Positions 46,561 through 56,860 are shown, numbered from the stretch's first letter. The stretch is 64,000 nucleotides of DNA from Alphaproteobacteria bacterium (GCA_044432975.1 JAWXUC010000002.1:24573-88572), one strand, 5' to 3'. Program-made: numbers and translations. The notes: generated by a model from the letters alone, not told the origin.

Positions 46561-47786
46561 AACATTAAAGTCAATCTTAATGTACTAGCAAAACCAATAT
46601 CAGAGCTAGAGTTTGCTGGAGTAAAATATACTTGAAGGTCTGGAGTAATAGTTAAAAAGTTAGAGACACCCCAAGCCCAATAAGCTTCTAAAGTACTTTC
46701 TTGACCTTTATCATAAGATGTATTGCCATTTGTTTTATCTGTATTCAACTCATTATAAGCATAAGCAAGCCCAATTTGATCAAGCGGATTTCTACCTAAA
46801 GGATTATTCATCACCCCACCAATCACATAAGATTTATCAATTCCGTCAGGAGCATCGGTTGTCCAATTTATGCGTCCAAAAACACCCCAAGTCTCATTTA
46901 AATTCTGCATTACATTTATACTATAACCCGTGTTATTTTGAGGTTGATAAACAGTTGATGGCTGATCATAAACCAACAAAGAAAATTCAGAACTCCCCAA
47001 ACCTTCAAATTGTGGATTATAATTAATCACACCAAAAGTTGTAATTTCTTCAAAAGTATGATCATTTGTATGAATAGTAATCCCATCAATATTGGTTGCA
47101 TCCTGAAAACCAGCAATCACAGAAACTTCTTCATTAAATTTAATATTTGCATAAGCGCCAAGACTGGCAACAGGGTAGGTAGATGTTCCATTTTGCGCAA
47201 GAGAATAGTTGATAAAATTAACTTGCTGATTTGCATCATAAGAAGTGCCATCAAAGTTATAAAGAGGAAATTGTCCAGCAGAAACACTTAACCAATCCCA
47301 GTTACCTGCAAATTGTTGCGTGTACATTAATTGAGCAATAGAATCTTCTCTTTCAGGAAAGTCATTAATAGCTTGCGCAAAACCAGAATTAGATGCTATT
47401 TCTGCAGCACTAGTGCTTCCATATCTTGTAGCATTAAAAGCAGCCTGAACAGAACCTTTTCCATATTCTTTAGACTGATAAATATCCCAATTTAAAGATC
47501 CAAAATAAAAAGTCTGAGAAGCCGTATCTTTACCATTTGGAGCTGTTCTTTGCAAAAAATGAGAAACATCAAACGTATAAGAAAAGCCATATTTTTCTTT
47601 TAATTCTTTCTTAAAATTTGCATAACTCCATTGAAAAGTATCTTCTTCAGCCAAAGAATGACGCCAATCACTATATTCCATTCTTGAATCTATTGAGCGA
47701 TGAGAACTAGGCATATATATTTGTGCATTAGCAACAGATGAAAAACCTAAAGTCAACAAAGAAGTAGTAAAAAACAATTTTTTCAT
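46557..47786 (-). CDS. carbohydrate-selective porin, OprB family
   Basis: Signal peptide ending in ANA. C-terminal EAYWAWGVSNFLTITPDLQVYFTP matches the OprB signature E.YY…TPDLQYI. Confidence 0.6.
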   Translation of the reverse strand: MKKLFFTTSLLTLGFSSVANAQIYMPSSHRSIDSRMEYSDWRHSLAEEDTFQWSYANFKKELKEKYGFSYTFDVSHFLQRTAPNGKDTASQTFYFGSLNWDIYQSKEYGKGSVQAAFNATRYGSTSAAEIASNSGFAQAINDFPEREDSIAQLMYTQQFAGNWDWLSVSAGQFPLYNFDGTSYDANQQVNFINYSLAQNGTSTYPVASLGAYANIKFNEEVSVIAGFQDATNIDGITIHTNDHTFEEITTFGVINYNPQFEGLGSSEFSLLVYDQPSTVYQPQNNTGYSINVMQNLNETWGVFGRINWTTDAPDGIDKSYVIGGVMNNPLGRNPLDQIGLAYAYNELNTDKTNGNTSYDKGQESTLEAYWAWGVSNFLTITPDLQVYFTPANSSSDIGFASTLRLTLML

Positions 47787-47903
47787 AAATATTCCCTCAT
47801 AAATATTGAATTATGAAAAATATATAATTATCAATCCAAATATTTAAAGAAAAAACGCCTATAAAAAAATATAGACGTTATATTTATAAGCAAATATCCA
47901 ACC

Positions 47904-48054
47904 TGTCATACGGACTTAATCCACAATCCAACCACACAGGCTTCGTCATTGCGGACTTGATCCGCAATCCAACCACACGAGCTTCGTCATTGCGGACTTG
48001 ATCCGCAATCCAACCACACGAGCTTCGTCATTGCGGACTTGATCCGCAATCCAG
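47904..48054. repeat. tandem array of a 41-bp RPE-like palindromic unit (one degenerate plus three copies)
   Basis: cttcgtcattgcggacttgatccgcaatccaaccacacgag x3, preceded by a degenerate copy. Sits between the porin promoter region and the 3' end of the next gene. Confidence 0.75.
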
Positions 48055-48071
48055 TTGATAAATTTACAAAA

Positions 48072-48335
48072 CTAGTTAAACAAACCTTTAATACTATCAA
48101 CAGTAGCTGTAACTTCTTCAACCTTATCTGTTGTAGTATCTGTTTTTTCAGAAACAGTTTCTTCAACTTCAGAAGTCAGCAACTCTTTGTGTTCATCAAC
48201 CATTTCAGAAGTTGATTTGTCAGAAGTAACAGATTCTAAGGCTTGTTTTTTTGCCAACTCTTTATGAGCATCTAAAGAAAAAGCATTAGCATTAAAAGTC
48301 ATCATAACCGCAATTAAAAAAATTATTTTTTTCAT
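48072..48335 (-). CDS. small secreted acidic protein
   Basis: 87 aa, signal peptide (…FNANAFS), Glu/Thr/Ser-rich mature part. 1-nt overlap with rdgB. Confidence 0.45.
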   Translation of the reverse strand: MKKIIFLIAVMMTFNANAFSLDAHKELAKKQALESVTSDKSTSEMVDEHKELLTSEVEETVSEKTDTTTDKVEEVTATVDSIKGLFN

Positions 48336-48928
48336 TATTTTACATCCTTTGTTTTAGTTAAAAATTCTTGCATTTTTTTCAACGCATTACCCCTGTGAGA
48401 TATAGCATTTTTTTCTGTTTTATCCATCTGTCCAAAGGTTATATTATAACCTTTAGGCATAAATATTGGGTCATAACCAAATCCGCCACCCAATTTTTCT
48501 GTTATGATTTGTCCATTAACTCTACCATCAAACAAAAATACTTCATCTTCTGGAGAAGCTAACGCAATCACACATTGAAAATAAGCACTCCAATCATCAG
48601 ATTTTGTTGCTTCAATTTCACCAATAAGCTTATCCATTCCCTTATCAAAATCTCTATCAGGCGCATATCTTGCAGAATAAACTCCAGGAGCTCCATTTAA
48701 GGCATTAACACAAAGCCCACTATCATCTGCCAAACACCAAACATTTGCAGATTTTGCAAACGCTTTTGCTTTTATTATAGCATTTTCTTCAAAAGTTTCT
48801 CCTGTTTCTTCAACATCAGGAAGCTCTAATTCATCGGCAGAAATAAGCTCAATCCCCAAAGGACTTAATATAGATTTAATTTCTTCAATTTTGCCTTTAT
48901 TATGAGAGGCCAACAACATTTTTTTCAT
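48335..48928 (-). CDS. rdgB: non-canonical purine NTP pyrophosphatase (dITP/XTPase) RdgB
   Basis: LASHNKGKIEEI N-terminus and the FGYDPIF motif. Confidence 0.8.
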   Translation of the reverse strand: MKKMLLASHNKGKIEEIKSILSPLGIELISADELELPDVEETGETFEENAIIKAKAFAKSANVWCLADDSGLCVNALNGAPGVYSARYAPDRDFDKGMDKLIGEIEATKSDDWSAYFQCVIALASPEDEVFLFDGRVNGQIITEKLGGGFGYDPIFMPKGYNITFGQMDKTEKNAISHRGNALKKMQEFLTKTKDVK

Positions 48929-49049
48929 TTTTATTTTCCTTATAACTTGAATAGTATTTTAAATAAAAATCAATGTCAACAATAACTTGACAAAAATTAA
49001 AATTCATGAAATAAAAAAAGGAAACCAAATAAAATAAAAATTAAATATC

Positions 49050-49676
49050 ATGAAAATACTTATCTTAGACTGCGACGGAGTTTTATATCCATTTTCACAA
49101 ATGAACTTTTCAGATGTATTTTACAGCTTAAAAAAGATAGATAAAAAACTTAATCTACCGCAAAATTATCTAGAAACACTTCAAGAGATAGAAAAAACAA
49201 AAGGAACATATGCTGTTTTTTATCAACTATGGGTAATGCTTAATTTTAATGAAGCAAAAATTGAAATTTTAAATGCCCAAATTGTAGAAGATACAGACTA
49301 TTCAAACATTACTCCCAACCTAAAACTATTTAAGATAATAAAAAAACTCCAAAAAAAGTACAGCGTCATTGTCTTAACAGACAACACAGTATTACATTTG
49401 GATAAAATATTTCAAAAACTTTGGAATAAAAATCTTAAAGCTTCTGGCATAAAACACTACGCTATAGAAGATGCGAAAGACGGAGATTTTTTTCACGTAA
49501 AACAAGATGACGGATTATCATTTTTCTGCAAAAAACAAAACATACGCCCTGAAAATTGTCTATTAATTGAAGACAATCAAGCAAATGTTTTAGCAGCACA
49601 AAAAATAGGAATGAATTCTATTTTTATAAATGAAAAAACAGACATCTGCAAGTTACTAGAAGAACTTTCATTCTAA
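49050..49676 (+). CDS. HAD-superfamily hydrolase
   Basis: N-terminal ILILDCDGVLY (the DxDG motif I). Confidence 0.6.
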   Translation: MKILILDCDGVLYPFSQMNFSDVFYSLKKIDKKLNLPQNYLETLQEIEKTKGTYAVFYQLWVMLNFNEAKIEILNAQIVEDTDYSNITPNLKLFKIIKKLQKKYSVIVLTDNTVLHLDKIFQKLWNKNLKASGIKHYAIEDAKDGDFFHVKQDDGLSFFCKKQNIRPENCLLIEDNQANVLAAQKIGMNSIFINEKTDICKLLEELSF

Positions 49677-49680
49677 ATAA

Positions 49681-49707
49681 AAAGGTGGTTTAACAACCAC
49701 TTTTTTA
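49681..49707 (+). terminator. rho-independent terminator
   Basis: ggtggtt/aaccacc stem followed by a T6 tract. Confidence 0.6.
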
Positions 49708-49804
49708 ATTTAAAACCAATCAATATAGAGCATTTCAAAATCAGTTATCTATAGCAATATTTTTTACTATACTTTTTGCACTATAGCTAAGGCAAAAATA
49801 AATG

Positions 49805-49932
49805 ATTGTGTTTTATAATAATTTGTAGGGAATGGTCTTGACCATTCCTTTGAAATTAGCCATATTATACAAGGAACAGTCAAGACTGTTCCCTACAAGA
49901 GATATATATCAAATAATTTTGCGTTTGCTATA
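49805..49932. repeat. roughly 130-bp REPIN-like element, copy 2
   Basis: About 96% identical to 25678-25812 across both GTAG-headed hairpins and flanks. A few substitutions and a 2-bp indel. Confidence 0.6.
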
Positions 49933-50080
49933 CTGTCCGATAAAAATATTAAGTGCTTTTATAAAAATTAAAAAATAAAAAACACAATATAATAAACGTT
50001 TGAAATATATTGACAATTTCACTCTCCGTGTCATTGCTATTTTTATCTTTAGATTTCAAAGCTTTATTACACATTACAAC

Positions 50081-50791
50081 TTAAACTTTTTCCTTTTTAT
50101 AAATAAAGAACACTGGTTTTCGTCCTTCTCTAATTGCTTTTTTCTGATATTTAGTTTCCACCCAATTTTCTGGAGCATAACGCCAGTCATTGCTATTTTT
50201 TGCAGTCCAAATAAAGTTTTTATTTTTATTCATTTCTCTTAAAGTCCAAGCCTTATAAACTTTATGATCAGTTGCCACCACAAACAAACCATCTGGTTTT
50301 AAAATACGATGAATTTCTTTTAAATTTTCTGGATTAATAAACCTTCTCGAAGCATGACGTTTTTTTGGCCAAGGATCAGGAAACAATAAAAATATCTTAT
50401 CCAAAGAACTATCAGGAATTTTATCAAACAACAGCCTAACATCATCACTCCACACCCTAACATTATCAAAGCGAGTAGGGAGCAAGGAAATTTCTTCTGG
50501 TAATTCTTTTCCTTCTTTAACACCTGTCATTAAACTTAATAAATTAGCCACACCATTGGCAAAAACTTCTGCTCCAATAAAAAAAGTATTTTGCATTTTT
50601 TGAGACAATCCAGCCAAATGAGAACCATCACCAAAACCAATCTCTAAAAAAACTTCTTTAGCATCAGACATTTCTTCAAAAGAAACCTTTGGTAAAAATT
50701 CTTTTAACAAAGCTGTTTTTGCAACTCTTATTTTTCTACCAACACGTCTACCAAAAAACTTTGGATTTCCACTATTATTTATATCCGTCAT
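50081..50791 (-). CDS. trmB: tRNA (guanine-N7)-methyltransferase TrmB
   Basis: FLEIGFGDGSHLAGL (SAM-binding) and LFPDPWPKKRHASRRFI (the TrmB signature). Confidence 0.8.
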   Translation of the reverse strand: MTDINNSGNPKFFGRRVGRKIRVAKTALLKEFLPKVSFEEMSDAKEVFLEIGFGDGSHLAGLSQKMQNTFFIGAEVFANGVANLLSLMTGVKEGKELPEEISLLPTRFDNVRVWSDDVRLLFDKIPDSSLDKIFLLFPDPWPKKRHASRRFINPENLKEIHRILKPDGLFVVATDHKVYKAWTLREMNKNKNFIWTAKNSNDWRYAPENWVETKYQKKAIREGRKPVFFIYKKEKV

Positions 50792-51336
50792 TATTCTTCA
50801 TTTTCTTCATTATTAAAAGATGTCTTAGACATTTGAATAACCATATCAAACAAATGCTTTGCCACTTTTCTATTTTGAATTTTATAATAAGCTCTAACAA
50901 GCTCCATAGCTTCTTTTTTATGCATAGGATCATCATCAAACTCAACTTTGTTATCACTCATCATTAACGGAGCAGTCTGCGGAGCCGCAAAAGTCATCGG
51001 ACTTTGAGCCGCTGTTTCATTATCCATATCTTCATAAAAAAAGCCAATTTGCACTTCTAAAGCTTGTGCAATATCATAAAGTCTAGATGCTCCAACTCTA
51101 TTTGCGCCTCTTTCATATTTTTGCACTTGCTGAAAAGTTAAGCCTAACATAGAAGCAAGTTTTTCTTGAGATAACCCTAAAAGAGTTCTACGCAATCTAA
51201 TTCGGTTTCCAACATGAGTATCAATAGGATTAGGATCACCATCTTGAGTTCTACCTCTTTTGGCTTTTTTAGAAACTTCATCATCTTTATTTAATTTTAT
51301 TTTTATTTTAGATTTAGTTTTAGACAATAACTTCAT
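50791..51336 (-). CDS. XRE-family helix-turn-helix transcriptional regulator
   Basis: HTH region IRLRRTLLGLSQEKLASMLGLTFQQVQKYERGANRV. ATGA overlap with trmB. Confidence 0.6.
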   Translation of the reverse strand: MKLLSKTKSKIKIKLNKDDEVSKKAKRGRTQDGDPNPIDTHVGNRIRLRRTLLGLSQEKLASMLGLTFQQVQKYERGANRVGASRLYDIAQALEVQIGFFYEDMDNETAAQSPMTFAAPQTAPLMMSDNKVEFDDDPMHKKEAMELVRAYYKIQNRKVAKHLFDMVIQMSKTSFNNEENEE

Positions 51337-51389
51337 ATAAAATCTCCTTTATCTCTTTTTATCACACACTCAAATTAAGTCAATGTTTT

Positions 51390-51782
51390 TTAAAATTTAT
51401 CCATCCAATTATATGGCAAAATTTCTTTTAGTTTTTTCACTTCTGTTTCAGAAATAACAATATCAGTCTCTGCATTTTCTTTATCAACCTGAGCCAAAAG
51501 TTCACGACACCTTCCACAAGGAGGAACTACTTTCCCTTCTTCATTAACAGACACAATCATTTTTATTTTTGTAATCCTATCTTTAAGCATTAAAGAAACC
51601 GCCGAAGCCTCAGCACAAAAACCAATTCCACAAGCCATAACCATACAAATACCTGTATAGATTTTTCCATTTTCAGCCAACAGCGCACTACCTACAGTAC
51701 CTGCAAAAAGAGTTCCATCAAAACTATTTAAAGTAAATTTACCCACAACTTTCTTAGCTTCTTCTATTAATGCTTCTTTCAT
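51390..51782 (-). CDS. cdd: cytidine deaminase (homotetrameric type)
   Basis: CAEASAV (C/HAE zinc motif) and PCGRCRE (PCGxCRQ), 130 aa. Confidence 0.7.
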   Translation of the reverse strand: MKEALIEEAKKVVGKFTLNSFDGTLFAGTVGSALLAENGKIYTGICMVMACGIGFCAEASAVSLMLKDRITKIKMIVSVNEEGKVVPPCGRCRELLAQVDKENAETDIVISETEVKKLKEILPYNWMDKF

Positions 51783-51843
51783 AAAAAAATCTCCTCTAAA
51801 TTGTATTATAGAGGAGAAGGATTAATAAAGTGTTTAAATATCA

Positions 51844-52068
51844 CTAAATTTGCTTATCTTCTGGATTTTTGCATTTACAAAGAGCAGAACAACCTGTGCA
51901 AGCAACAATAACCGCAGAAATCCCAACCAAAATATAAATGATTGAAGCCAGTGTTGTCATCGGCCCAAAAATAAACATAACCGCATCAAATTCAAACAAC
52001 CCAACCAAGCCCCAGTTCAAACCACCAATAATGGTCAAAACATAAGCTATTCTTTTTATAATTTCCAT
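51844..52068 (-). CDS. DUF378-family small membrane protein
   Basis: Start moved to the internal ATG (MEIIKRIAYVLTIIGGLNWGLVGLFEFD…), which has an AGGAG RBS. The upstream part of the track ORF (to 52212) runs into a palindromic repeat. Confidence 0.55.
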   Translation of the reverse strand: MEIIKRIAYVLTIIGGLNWGLVGLFEFDAVMFIFGPMTTLASIIYILVGISAVIVACTGCSALCKCKNPEDKQI

Positions 52069-52158
52069 AATTTTTCTCCTAAAAATATTATACCAATACA
52101 CACCAACATCCACTAAACATAAAAAGACATAATAACAATCTAATCTGCCACACAGCCA

Positions 52159-52189
52159 GGTCATTGCGGACTTGATCCGCAATCCAGTA
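52159..52189. repeat. RPE-like palindromic element
   Basis: ggtcattgcggacttgatccgcaatccagta. Confidence 0.65.
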
Positions 52190-52242
52190 TTACCATGAAC
52201 ACCAGTGATCAATAAAAAAAGATATAATCAAATTAAATTTTT

Positions 52243-53121
52243 TCAAGACTTATTAAGCGGATGAGTTTCTTTATAAGTTTTAGTAATAACTTCAATATTA
52301 GCATCAGTATAGCGCTGCGTAGTTATTAAAGAAGAATGCCCCAAAAGCTCTTGAATTGAGCGCAAATCAGTACCAGCACCCAAAAGATGCGTTGCAAAAG
52401 AATGCCTCAAAGCATGAGGAGTTAATTTATCAGACAACCCCAAAGCATTTCTAATTTTTTCTAACTGCCGTTGAACAATCCGAGGACTTAACCTTTCTCC
52501 ACGAGAACCAATAAACAATGCTGTTTTAATTTGATAAGGGCAAGTCTTTATATATTGATTAATATTTTCTAATACAACATCTAACAATGGCACAAGACGT
52601 GTTTTTCCACCTTTACCTTTTATAATAAGATAATCTCTTCTTTTAACATCTTGCAAATCCAAATTCAAAGCTTCAGAAATTCGCAAACCAGAGCCATAGA
52701 ACAGGGACAATATTGCACAATCTCTAAACCCTTGCCATTCCTCTTTATTTATTTTTTTAGCCATTTCAAGCACATCAAAAGCATCATCACTTTCAATCGC
52801 CTTAGGAATATATTTAGGAGTTTTCGGCGCAGAAATCACAGATATTGCAGAATTTTTAACGTCTTTCTTTTTATCCAACCATTTATAAAAACTTTTAACC
52901 GAAGATAACTTTCTGGCAATCGTAGTTTTTGACAATTGTTTTTGATTAAGAAAAGACAAATAGCGCCTAAAATCCTTAACATCTAAATCCAAATTATCAA
53001 ACATTTCAAAAAACTCTTCAATATCTCTAGTATATGCTTCAACAGTGTGATGAGAATACATCTTCTCACACTGCAAATAAGTTAAGAACTGTTTTAAGTT
53101 TTCTCTTGCCTCTTTAATCAT
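52243..53121 (-). CDS. tyrosine site-specific recombinase XerC/XerD
   Basis: HALRHSFATHLL…GTDLRSIQELLGHSSLITTQRYT (the R-H-R-Y catalytic tetrad context). XerC versus XerD not resolved. Confidence 0.8.
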   Translation of the reverse strand: MIKEARENLKQFLTYLQCEKMYSHHTVEAYTRDIEEFFEMFDNLDLDVKDFRRYLSFLNQKQLSKTTIARKLSSVKSFYKWLDKKKDVKNSAISVISAPKTPKYIPKAIESDDAFDVLEMAKKINKEEWQGFRDCAILSLFYGSGLRISEALNLDLQDVKRRDYLIIKGKGGKTRLVPLLDVVLENINQYIKTCPYQIKTALFIGSRGERLSPRIVQRQLEKIRNALGLSDKLTPHALRHSFATHLLGAGTDLRSIQELLGHSSLITTQRYTDANIEVITKTYKETHPLNKS

Positions 53122-53154
53122 AATTATATATTAATATAAAAAAGTGAATATTTT

Positions 53155-55110
53155 ATGAATATATATGGAATTTTAGTGCCTTTAGGCTTTGACAATGTTT
53201 TTGATTACAAATCAGACTTAGCTCTTGATATTGGAGATTTGGTGAGCGTTCCGTTCAGAAACAAAGAGCTTATAGGAATTGTTTATAAAATTGGCGCTAG
53301 CGTTGAAAATAAAAGAATAAAAGAAATTAAAAACAAAATAGACTTACCTCCAATAAGTGCTGAAATGATAAAATTCATGGAATTTGTTTCTGGCTACACA
53401 CTATCCCCCAGAGGCGCTGTTTTAAAGATGATGCTTAACTATCAACCCGCCAAAAAGACTGTAAAAAAAGCAGAGATAAAAACTCCAACCCCAGAATTTT
53501 CAAAAATAAATTTCACACAAGAACAATTGCTTGCGTCAAAAAAGTTAATGCAAAAAATTAACAATGGTTTTTCTTGCACCTTACTTCATGGTATTACAGG
53601 CAGCGGCAAAACAGAAGTATATTTTGAAGCTATCGCAAAAGCATTAAAAGAAAACAAACAAGTTTTAGTTTTGCTACCAGAAATTGCTTTAACTTCGCAG
53701 TTTATAAAAAGATTTGAAAAACGTTTTGGTGCAAAACCATTAATGTGGCATTCATCAATACTACCCAAAGCCAGAAGAGAAACCTTTGAAGTAATCGCAA
53801 CAGGAGAAGCTAAAGTACTAGTAGGAGCTCGCTCAGGTCTGTTTCTTCCTTTCAAAAATTTAGGCTTAATTGTCGTTGATGAAAGCCACGATTCTACATT
53901 TAAACAAGAAGATGGCGTAAAATATAACGGCAGAGATATGGCCGTTATGCGTAGCTTCTATCAAAAAATCCCCACCATATTAGCAACAGCAACCCCAGAT
54001 TTAGAAACTTTAGTTAATGTAGAAGAAGGCAAATATGAAATTGTAGAGTTAAAAGAGCGTTATTCAGATGCAAAATTACCAACAATAAATATATTAGACC
54101 TAAAAGAACAGCGCCCAGCAAAAGGTCAATTTTTATCTCCTATATTAATAGAAGAAATCAAACAAACGTTATCAAGAAAAGAACAAGTTATTTTATTCTT
54201 AAACCGCAGAGGTTATGCACCTTTAATCATCTGTCAAGATTGTGGCTTTAGAATAGAATGCCCTAATTGCTCATCATGGTTGACCGCCCACAGAAACAAC
54301 AATTCGTTAATCTGTCACCATTGCGGACACTTAACCCCATACCCCAAAAAATGCCCCGATTGTGGAAGCGAAAATGGATTAACAGCTTGCGGTCCTGGAG
54401 TTGAACGCATTGATGAAGAAGTTGGTGTCTTGTTTCCAGATGCAAATATAGAAGTTATCTCTTCAGACATAACAGACAATCCAAAAAAAATCGCCGAAGT
54501 AATCAAAAGAATGGAAAACAAAGAAATTGACATCCTTATCGGCACTCAAATTCTTGCCAAAGGACACCACTTCAAAGATTTAACTCTTGTTGGTGTTATT
54601 GATGCAGATTTAGGCTTAACAGGCTCAGACTTAAGAGCATCTGAACGCACATTCCAACTATTATCTCAAGTTTCTGGCCGTGCGGGCAGGGAAGATAAAG
54701 AAGGAAAAGTTTATCTTCAAACCTATAATCCAGAAAATCAAGTATTAAAAGCAATTGTTAATAATGATATGAATGATTTCATAAAAATAGAAAAACAAAC
54801 CAGAAAAATGCTAAAAATGCCTCCTTATGGCAATTTAGCATCTATTATTGTTAGTGCTGACAATCAAAACAATGCTGAACACACAGCTTTTGAACTCGCC
54901 AAAACTGCACCAAACACAGATTATATTATAACTTTAGGGCCATCTCCTGCGCCAATATTTATGCTAAGAGGAAAATATCGCTATCGCTTGTTATTAAAAA
55001 CTCACAAATCAATAAAAATTCAACAGGTTATAAAAAAATGGTTGCAGATGATAAATTTAAAAGGTAACGTAAACATAGACGTGGATGTTAATCCATATAA
55101 TTTCATGTGA
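53155..55110 (+). CDS. priA: primosomal protein N' (replication-restart helicase PriA)
   Basis: LLHGITGSGKTEVY Walker A, DESHD Walker B, a Cys-rich zinc-binding region (CQDCG…CPNC…CHHCG…CPDCG), 651 aa. Confidence 0.85.
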   Translation: MNIYGILVPLGFDNVFDYKSDLALDIGDLVSVPFRNKELIGIVYKIGASVENKRIKEIKNKIDLPPISAEMIKFMEFVSGYTLSPRGAVLKMMLNYQPAKKTVKKAEIKTPTPEFSKINFTQEQLLASKKLMQKINNGFSCTLLHGITGSGKTEVYFEAIAKALKENKQVLVLLPEIALTSQFIKRFEKRFGAKPLMWHSSILPKARRETFEVIATGEAKVLVGARSGLFLPFKNLGLIVVDESHDSTFKQEDGVKYNGRDMAVMRSFYQKIPTILATATPDLETLVNVEEGKYEIVELKERYSDAKLPTINILDLKEQRPAKGQFLSPILIEEIKQTLSRKEQVILFLNRRGYAPLIICQDCGFRIECPNCSSWLTAHRNNNSLICHHCGHLTPYPKKCPDCGSENGLTACGPGVERIDEEVGVLFPDANIEVISSDITDNPKKIAEVIKRMENKEIDILIGTQILAKGHHFKDLTLVGVIDADLGLTGSDLRASERTFQLLSQVSGRAGREDKEGKVYLQTYNPENQVLKAIVNNDMNDFIKIEKQTRKMLKMPPYGNLASIIVSADNQNNAEHTAFELAKTAPNTDYIITLGPSPAPIFMLRGKYRYRLLLKTHKSIKIQQVIKKWLQMINLKGNVNIDVDVNPYNFM

Positions 55111-55120
55111 GGATACTAAA

Positions 55121-56860
55121 ATGTTAACTGCAGGAACAAAAAACTCTAGTCCCAAAAAATCAAATAAAAAACTTTTATCAAATCTTTTATCTTTAACATC
55201 CATAGGATTTGCCTTAACAAGCATAATAGCTTTAAACTTTTTACTGTTTGCAACCAATGGTGGCTACAATCTTTTTGATTCTACAGGTATGTTTAATTTA
55301 GAGTTTTTATATATCCTACTAGGAATTTTAATATTTTCTTTTGCAGTCTCAATCTTACTATCTTTTTCTAAAAAGCTTTTAATAATAGCAACAGCAGCTA
55401 TTTTTGGATTAATGTTCTTTATTTTTATCAATCAATATAGCAACATATCTCCAGCATCTATTTTAAGTGTATTTTTTCCACCAAACCCTTATTTTGATCA
55501 ATATTCAAACATTATCATATCTGCTATATTAGGATTTCTTATTATTATATTTTTCTTTACTGCAAAAAAACGTACAATTTTTTATACATTTAGCATTTTA
55601 ATTGCCGCAAATTTAGGTTTTATAGGATATTTATATATAAGCAAACCCAAAACTAAACAAATAGTTGAGATTTATGGAAAAAAAGAACTAAAACAACCAG
55701 AGGTAAACTCACAAAAACTTATCTACATTTCTTTTGAAAATTTACCATCATATAATCTATTAAAAGATTGGAATCAAGACAATGCTGATTTAACATTAGG
55801 CTTCTTTGCTAACAATAATTTCAAATTATTTCCAAACTCTTATGTAGAAAAACAAACAAAAGAAGAAAACTTAACTCAATTATTAAACTTCAACAACAAA
55901 GCTGATGATAATTTATTTTTAGACGGAGTTGAAATAAACGGATACATCAATTTTAACAAAACAAAAGATGAAAATGTTTTTCTAAAACAAAATACACTTT
56001 ACAATGTTTTCAAAAAAACAGGATACGAAATAGTTTCATACCAAACAAATGCTATAGATTTATGCAAAGTTGATAATGACTATACATCAAACAAATGTTT
56101 TGACGTAAACATTAATAATGTTGACATCCCCAACTCTCAAAAATTAAACACATCAGATAGAGCAACAATACTACTATCGCAATGGGCAAATTCTACAGGA
56201 ATCCCATTCAACATCCCAGTATTAGACAGCCATAAATACAAAGAAATTTATACTATAAGCACACTAAAACAATTAAATCATGTTTTTAATGATATAAAAA
56301 ACAATAACAAACAATCACTTTATTTTGTAGATATAAAACTTCCTTCAAGCCTTTATGTTTTCGATAAATATTGTCAAGTAAAACCAAAAAACAGCTGGGT
56401 TTCTGCCACAGATACATATTTAAACCCTCAAATAAAAAAAGCCGCACTAATGGAACAAAGTCAATGTTTGTTTGCAAAACTACAAGAGCTTATGGATAAA
56501 ACAGATAATTCAAATATTGTTTATATATTATCATCAAACACAACTGCTCAAGCAATAGATTTAACAAACAAAGGGTTTACAGATACTTTTAAAAAAGCAA
56601 ATTTAACTACTTTTGCAATAAAAGATCCAATGTTTAAGGACTTTAGCGCTGACTATTCAATTTGTCAAAATCAAAAACTTTTATCAAAATATTTATTCAA
56701 AAAAGATACTTGTGATATTAAAGATTTAAACTTACAAACTCTTGCAACAAAAGAACTAGAAGATGATCTTTTATTACCTTTTGAAAACAGAGTTGATAGC
56801 GCAAAAACTAGTTTTAATCAATTTTATACAGAATATAAAAAGGCAAATAATATTGAATAA
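55121..56860 (+). CDS. integral membrane protein with 5 N-terminal TM helices and a large extracytoplasmic domain (EptA/sulfatase-like topology, function unknown)
   Basis: Start set at the second ATG, which has an AGGA RBS just after the priA stop. The track ORF begins at 55085. No intact sulfatase catalytic motif is recognisable. Confidence 0.45.
   Translation: MLTAGTKNSSPKKSNKKLLSNLLSLTSIGFALTSIIALNFLLFATNGGYNLFDSTGMFNLEFLYILLGILIFSFAVSILLSFSKKLLIIATAAIFGLMFFIFINQYSNISPASILSVFFPPNPYFDQYSNIIISAILGFLIIIFFFTAKKRTIFYTFSILIAANLGFIGYLYISKPKTKQIVEIYGKKELKQPEVNSQKLIYISFENLPSYNLLKDWNQDNADLTLGFFANNNFKLFPNSYVEKQTKEENLTQLLNFNNKADDNLFLDGVEINGYINFNKTKDENVFLKQNTLYNVFKKTGYEIVSYQTNAIDLCKVDNDYTSNKCFDVNINNVDIPNSQKLNTSDRATILLSQWANSTGIPFNIPVLDSHKYKEIYTISTLKQLNHVFNDIKNNNKQSLYFVDIKLPSSLYVFDKYCQVKPKNSWVSATDTYLNPQIKKAALMEQSQCLFAKLQELMDKTDNSNIVYILSSNTTAQAIDLTNKGFTDTFKKANLTTFAIKDPMFKDFSADYSICQNQKLLSKYLFKKDTCDIKDLNLQTLATKELEDDLLLPFENRVDSAKTSFNQFYTEYKKANNIE

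Noticed and set aside
47904-48054. Possible CRISPR array, because of regularly spaced 41-bp repeats.
   Set aside because: The units are directly tandem with no unique spacers. The unit is a member of the genome's RPE-like palindrome family. No cas genes are nearby.
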